The notes under the pieces: model-generated
Databases searched by the model: none
The model's input: the letters and a program-made list of their open reading frames with translations, nothing else
What the model was told of the DNA's origin: nothing
Position numbers and translations under genes: made by a program
Shown here: positions 60,793 through 64,000 of the stretch, one piece after another
How positions within the stretch are numbered: the stretch's first letter is position 1
Layout: the number at the start of each line of letters is the position of its first letter
Assembly (NCBI RefSeq): GCF_964213995.1
Contig: NW_027590501.1
Coordinates: 1 to 64,000, forward strand
Reading direction: 5' to 3'
Source: Mustelus asterias
Lineage: Eukaryota
DNA length: 64,000 bases

Positions 60793-61667
60793 GAGAAAAC
60801 TTCCCCTTACAATAACCATGACAAATTAAAACTCTCAATTTCATGAGTGAGTTTTATCTGGATTAAAATTCCCACATGTTTAGTAAAATATCCTGGAATC
60901 CTGTCTCTGGACAGTAAATATGGCTCCAGGTTCATAACTTTTGAAAAAAAAAGCTTTATTCATTACACTTCCATTTTAAAAATCTGTTTGATTTAAATCA
61001 CAGACAAAAAACCTCAAAGCTTAAAGCGTTCAACCCACAAATATCATCCACACACCAACAGAGAAACTTAGCATGTGCTTTACAATAATAACCAAAATTA
61101 ATTACTTAAGCATTCTTCTGATTCTGTTTTTAAACTCCCAAAAATGCCTTTAATTAAAGACTCAAGGTAAGGTTAATTCCCCAGAAAGATAAACCTTAAC
61201 AAATGTAGCCCAAAACAATGATAAAACACATCTACAAACATCCACACAAAAACAAACAAAACACACAGATTCTCACAGCTTGTAAATTTCAAACAATGAA
61301 TCCTCAGCATTCTCTCTCGCAGCTATAACTTCTTAAAGCGACAGAGCACTACAAGCTCACAACTCCTTGATTAAAATAAGATGCAAGATCCTTCATTGTA
61401 ACTTAACCCTTTTTAAGCCAACTTCCAAGGCCTGATTTTATCAGCAACATCTAATCTTTGTTAATTTAAAATCCCAAACACGTTACCACCTGCAAACTCT
61501 TTGTTCTTTATCTGGTGTTGAGGTGACAACAAAATAAAATTCTCAGTTATTCCAAATTCCTCCAGGGTATGCTTAAAATTTCCACATTTAACTGGCTCCA
61601 ATAAATCCACAATTATAAACTAAAATAGACACGAGTTTCTGGGTGATTTAAAAACAAGTTAAAAACA

Positions 61668-64000
61668 AGATGCCAGAGGAAAGATAGAACAGGAGGAAAG
61701 AAAGGAGGGGGAGTTGCACTTTTGATTCAGGAAAACATCACGGCAGTACTGAGAGGGGATATATCCGAGGGTTCGCCTACTGAGTCAAAAGGGTTGAACT
61801 GAGAAAGAAGGGGGAAATCACTTTGATATGGTTGTACTATAGGCCCCCAAATAGTCGGTGGGAAATTGAGGAGCAAATATGTAAGGAGATTACAGATAGT
61901 TCCAAGAAAAATTGGGTGGTAATAGTCGGGGATTTTAACTTTCCCAACATTGACTGGGACAGCCATAGTATTAGAGGCTTGGATGGAGAGAAATTTGTTG
62001 AGTGTATTCAGGAGGAATTTCTCATTCAGTATGTGGATGGCCCGACTAGAGAGGGGCAAAAGTTCACCTCCACTTGGGAAATAAGGAAGGGCAGGTGATA
62101 GAAGTGTTAGTGAGGGATCACTTTGGGACCAGTGACCATAATTCCATTAGTTTTAAGATACCTATGGAAAATGATTGGTCAGGTCCAAAAGTTAAAATTC
62201 TAAATTAGGGAAAGGCCAATGTTGATGGTATCAGGCAGGAACTTTCGACAGTTAACTGGGGGAGTCTGTGGGAAGGCAAAGGGACGTCTGGTAAGTGGGA
62301 GGCTTTCAAAAGTGTTTTAACCAGGGTTCAGGGTAAGCACATTGCTCTTAGAGTGATGGGCAAGGCTGGTAGAAGTCGGGAACCCTGGATGACTCGAGAT
62401 ATTGAAGCCCTCGTCAAGAAGAAGGAGGCACATGACATGCATCGGCAGCTGGGATCAAGTGGATCCCTTGAAGAGTTTCGAGGGTGTAGGAGTAGAATTA
62501 AGAGAGAAGTCAGGAGGGCAAAAAGGGGACACGAGATTGTTTTGGCAGATAAGGCAAAGGAGAATCCAAAGAGGTTCTATAAATACATAAAGTGCCAAAG
62601 AGTAACTAGGTAGAGAGTAGGGCCTCTTAAGGATCAACAAGGTCATCTATGTGCGGATCCACAAGAGATGGGTGAGATCATAAATGAATATTTTTCATCA
62701 TTATTTATTGTTGAGAAAAGCATGGATGTTAGGGAACTTGGGGAAATAAAGTGATGTCTTGAGAAGTGTACTTATAACAGAGAAGGAGGTGCTGGAAGTC
62801 ACAAAGCGCATCAAGGTAGATAAATCCCCGGGACCTGATGAAGTGTATCCCAGAACACTGTGGGAGGCTAGGGAGGAAATTGCGGGTCTCCTAGCAGAGA
62901 TATTTGAATCATCGATAGTCACGGGTGAGGTGCCTAAAGATTGGAGGGTGGCAAATGTGGAGCCTTTGTTTAAAAAGGGCTGCAGGGAAAAGCCTGGGAA
63001 CTAAAGGGCGGTGTGATTCACATCTGTAAGTTGTCAGAAGGTATTTGAGAGACAGGATCTACAGGCATTTGGAGACACAAGGACTGATTAGGGACAGTCA
63101 GCATGGCTTTGTGAGTGGAAAATCATGTCTCACAAATTTGATTGAGTTTTTTGAAGGGGTAACCAAGAAGGTAGATCAGGGCAGTACAGGTGATGCTGTC
63201 TACGTGGACTTTAGCAAGGCCTTTGACAAGGTACCGCAAGGTAGGTTGTTGCTTAAGGTTAAATCTAATGAAATCCAGGGTGAGTTAGCCAAATGGATAC
63301 AAAATTGGCTTGATGACAGAAGACAGAGGGTGGTTGTAGAAGGTTGTTTTTCAAACTGGAGCCTGTGACCAGCGGTGTGCCTCAAGGATCGGTGCTGGGT
63401 CCACTGTTATTTGTCATTTATATTAATGATTTGGATGAGAATGTAGGAGGCATGGGTAGTAAGTTTTCAGATGACACCAAAGTTGGTGGCATTGTGGACA
63501 GTGGAGAAGGCTATCTAGGATTGTAGCGCGATCTTGATCAATTGGGCCAGTGGGCTGACGAATGGCAGATGGAGTTTAATTTAGATAAATGCAAGGTAAT
63601 CCATTTTGGGAGATCGAACCAGGACAGGACTTACTCAGTTAATGGTAGGGTGTTGGGGAGAGTTACAGAACAGAAATCTAGGGGTACAGGTACATAGCTC
63701 CTTGAAAATGGAGTTGCAGGTGGACAGAGTGGTGAAGAAGGCATTCTGCATGTTGGTCAGAACATTGAATACAGGAGTTGGAATGTCTTGTTGAAGTTTT
63801 ACAAGACATTGGTAAGGCCACACTTGGAATACTGTGTACAGTTCTGGTCACCCTATGATAGAAAGGATATTATTAAACTAGAAAGACTGCAGAAAAGATT
63901 TACTGGGATGCTACCGGGACTTGATGATTTGAGTTATAAAGAGAGGCTGGATAGACTGGGACTTTTTTCCCTGGAATGTAGGAGGCTTAGGGGTGAACTT
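61668..64000 (+). mobile_element. CR1 ORF2 (APE C-terminus plus RT), decayed, runs off the window
   Basis: [48 protein letters not shown] across frameshifted ORFs. Confidence 0.93.

Overview
Repeat-rich vertebrate genomic DNA, almost certainly from a cartilaginous fish (shark), judging by HE1-like V-SINEs, CR1/HER1-like LINEs and 'MEKPWKC' C2H2 zinc-finger genes. About half of the window is decayed transposable elements: CR1, Rex1/Babar, an L2/CR1-group remnant, Tx1, Penelope-like elements, Harbinger, Tigger/pogo and a Gypsy integrase fragment. From 22.9 to 42 kb there is a dispersed cluster of tRNA genes and pseudogenes (Gln, Lys, Glu, Val, Asn) built by small direct and inverted cassette duplications. 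From 43.7 to 57.7 kb there are three effector-less tandem C2H2 zinc-finger genes. Between them sits one apparently intact T-cell receptor alpha/delta-type V segment (leader exon, 85-nt intron, V exon, 23-bp-spacer RSS, CRE/CCAAT/TATA promoter), with no other V, D, J or C segment seen in the window. Other notable signals are minimal hammerhead ribozymes in Penelope-derived fold-backs (one inserted inside a tRNA-Asn), a 5'-inverted near-full-length CR1, a Tx1 element just downstream of a tRNA-Val, a 28-bp CRE-palindrome minisatellite at a ZNF promoter, and an in-frame TGA exactly 13 codons upstream of the ATG in all three ZNF genes. All calls were made by eye, and TE boundaries are approximate.
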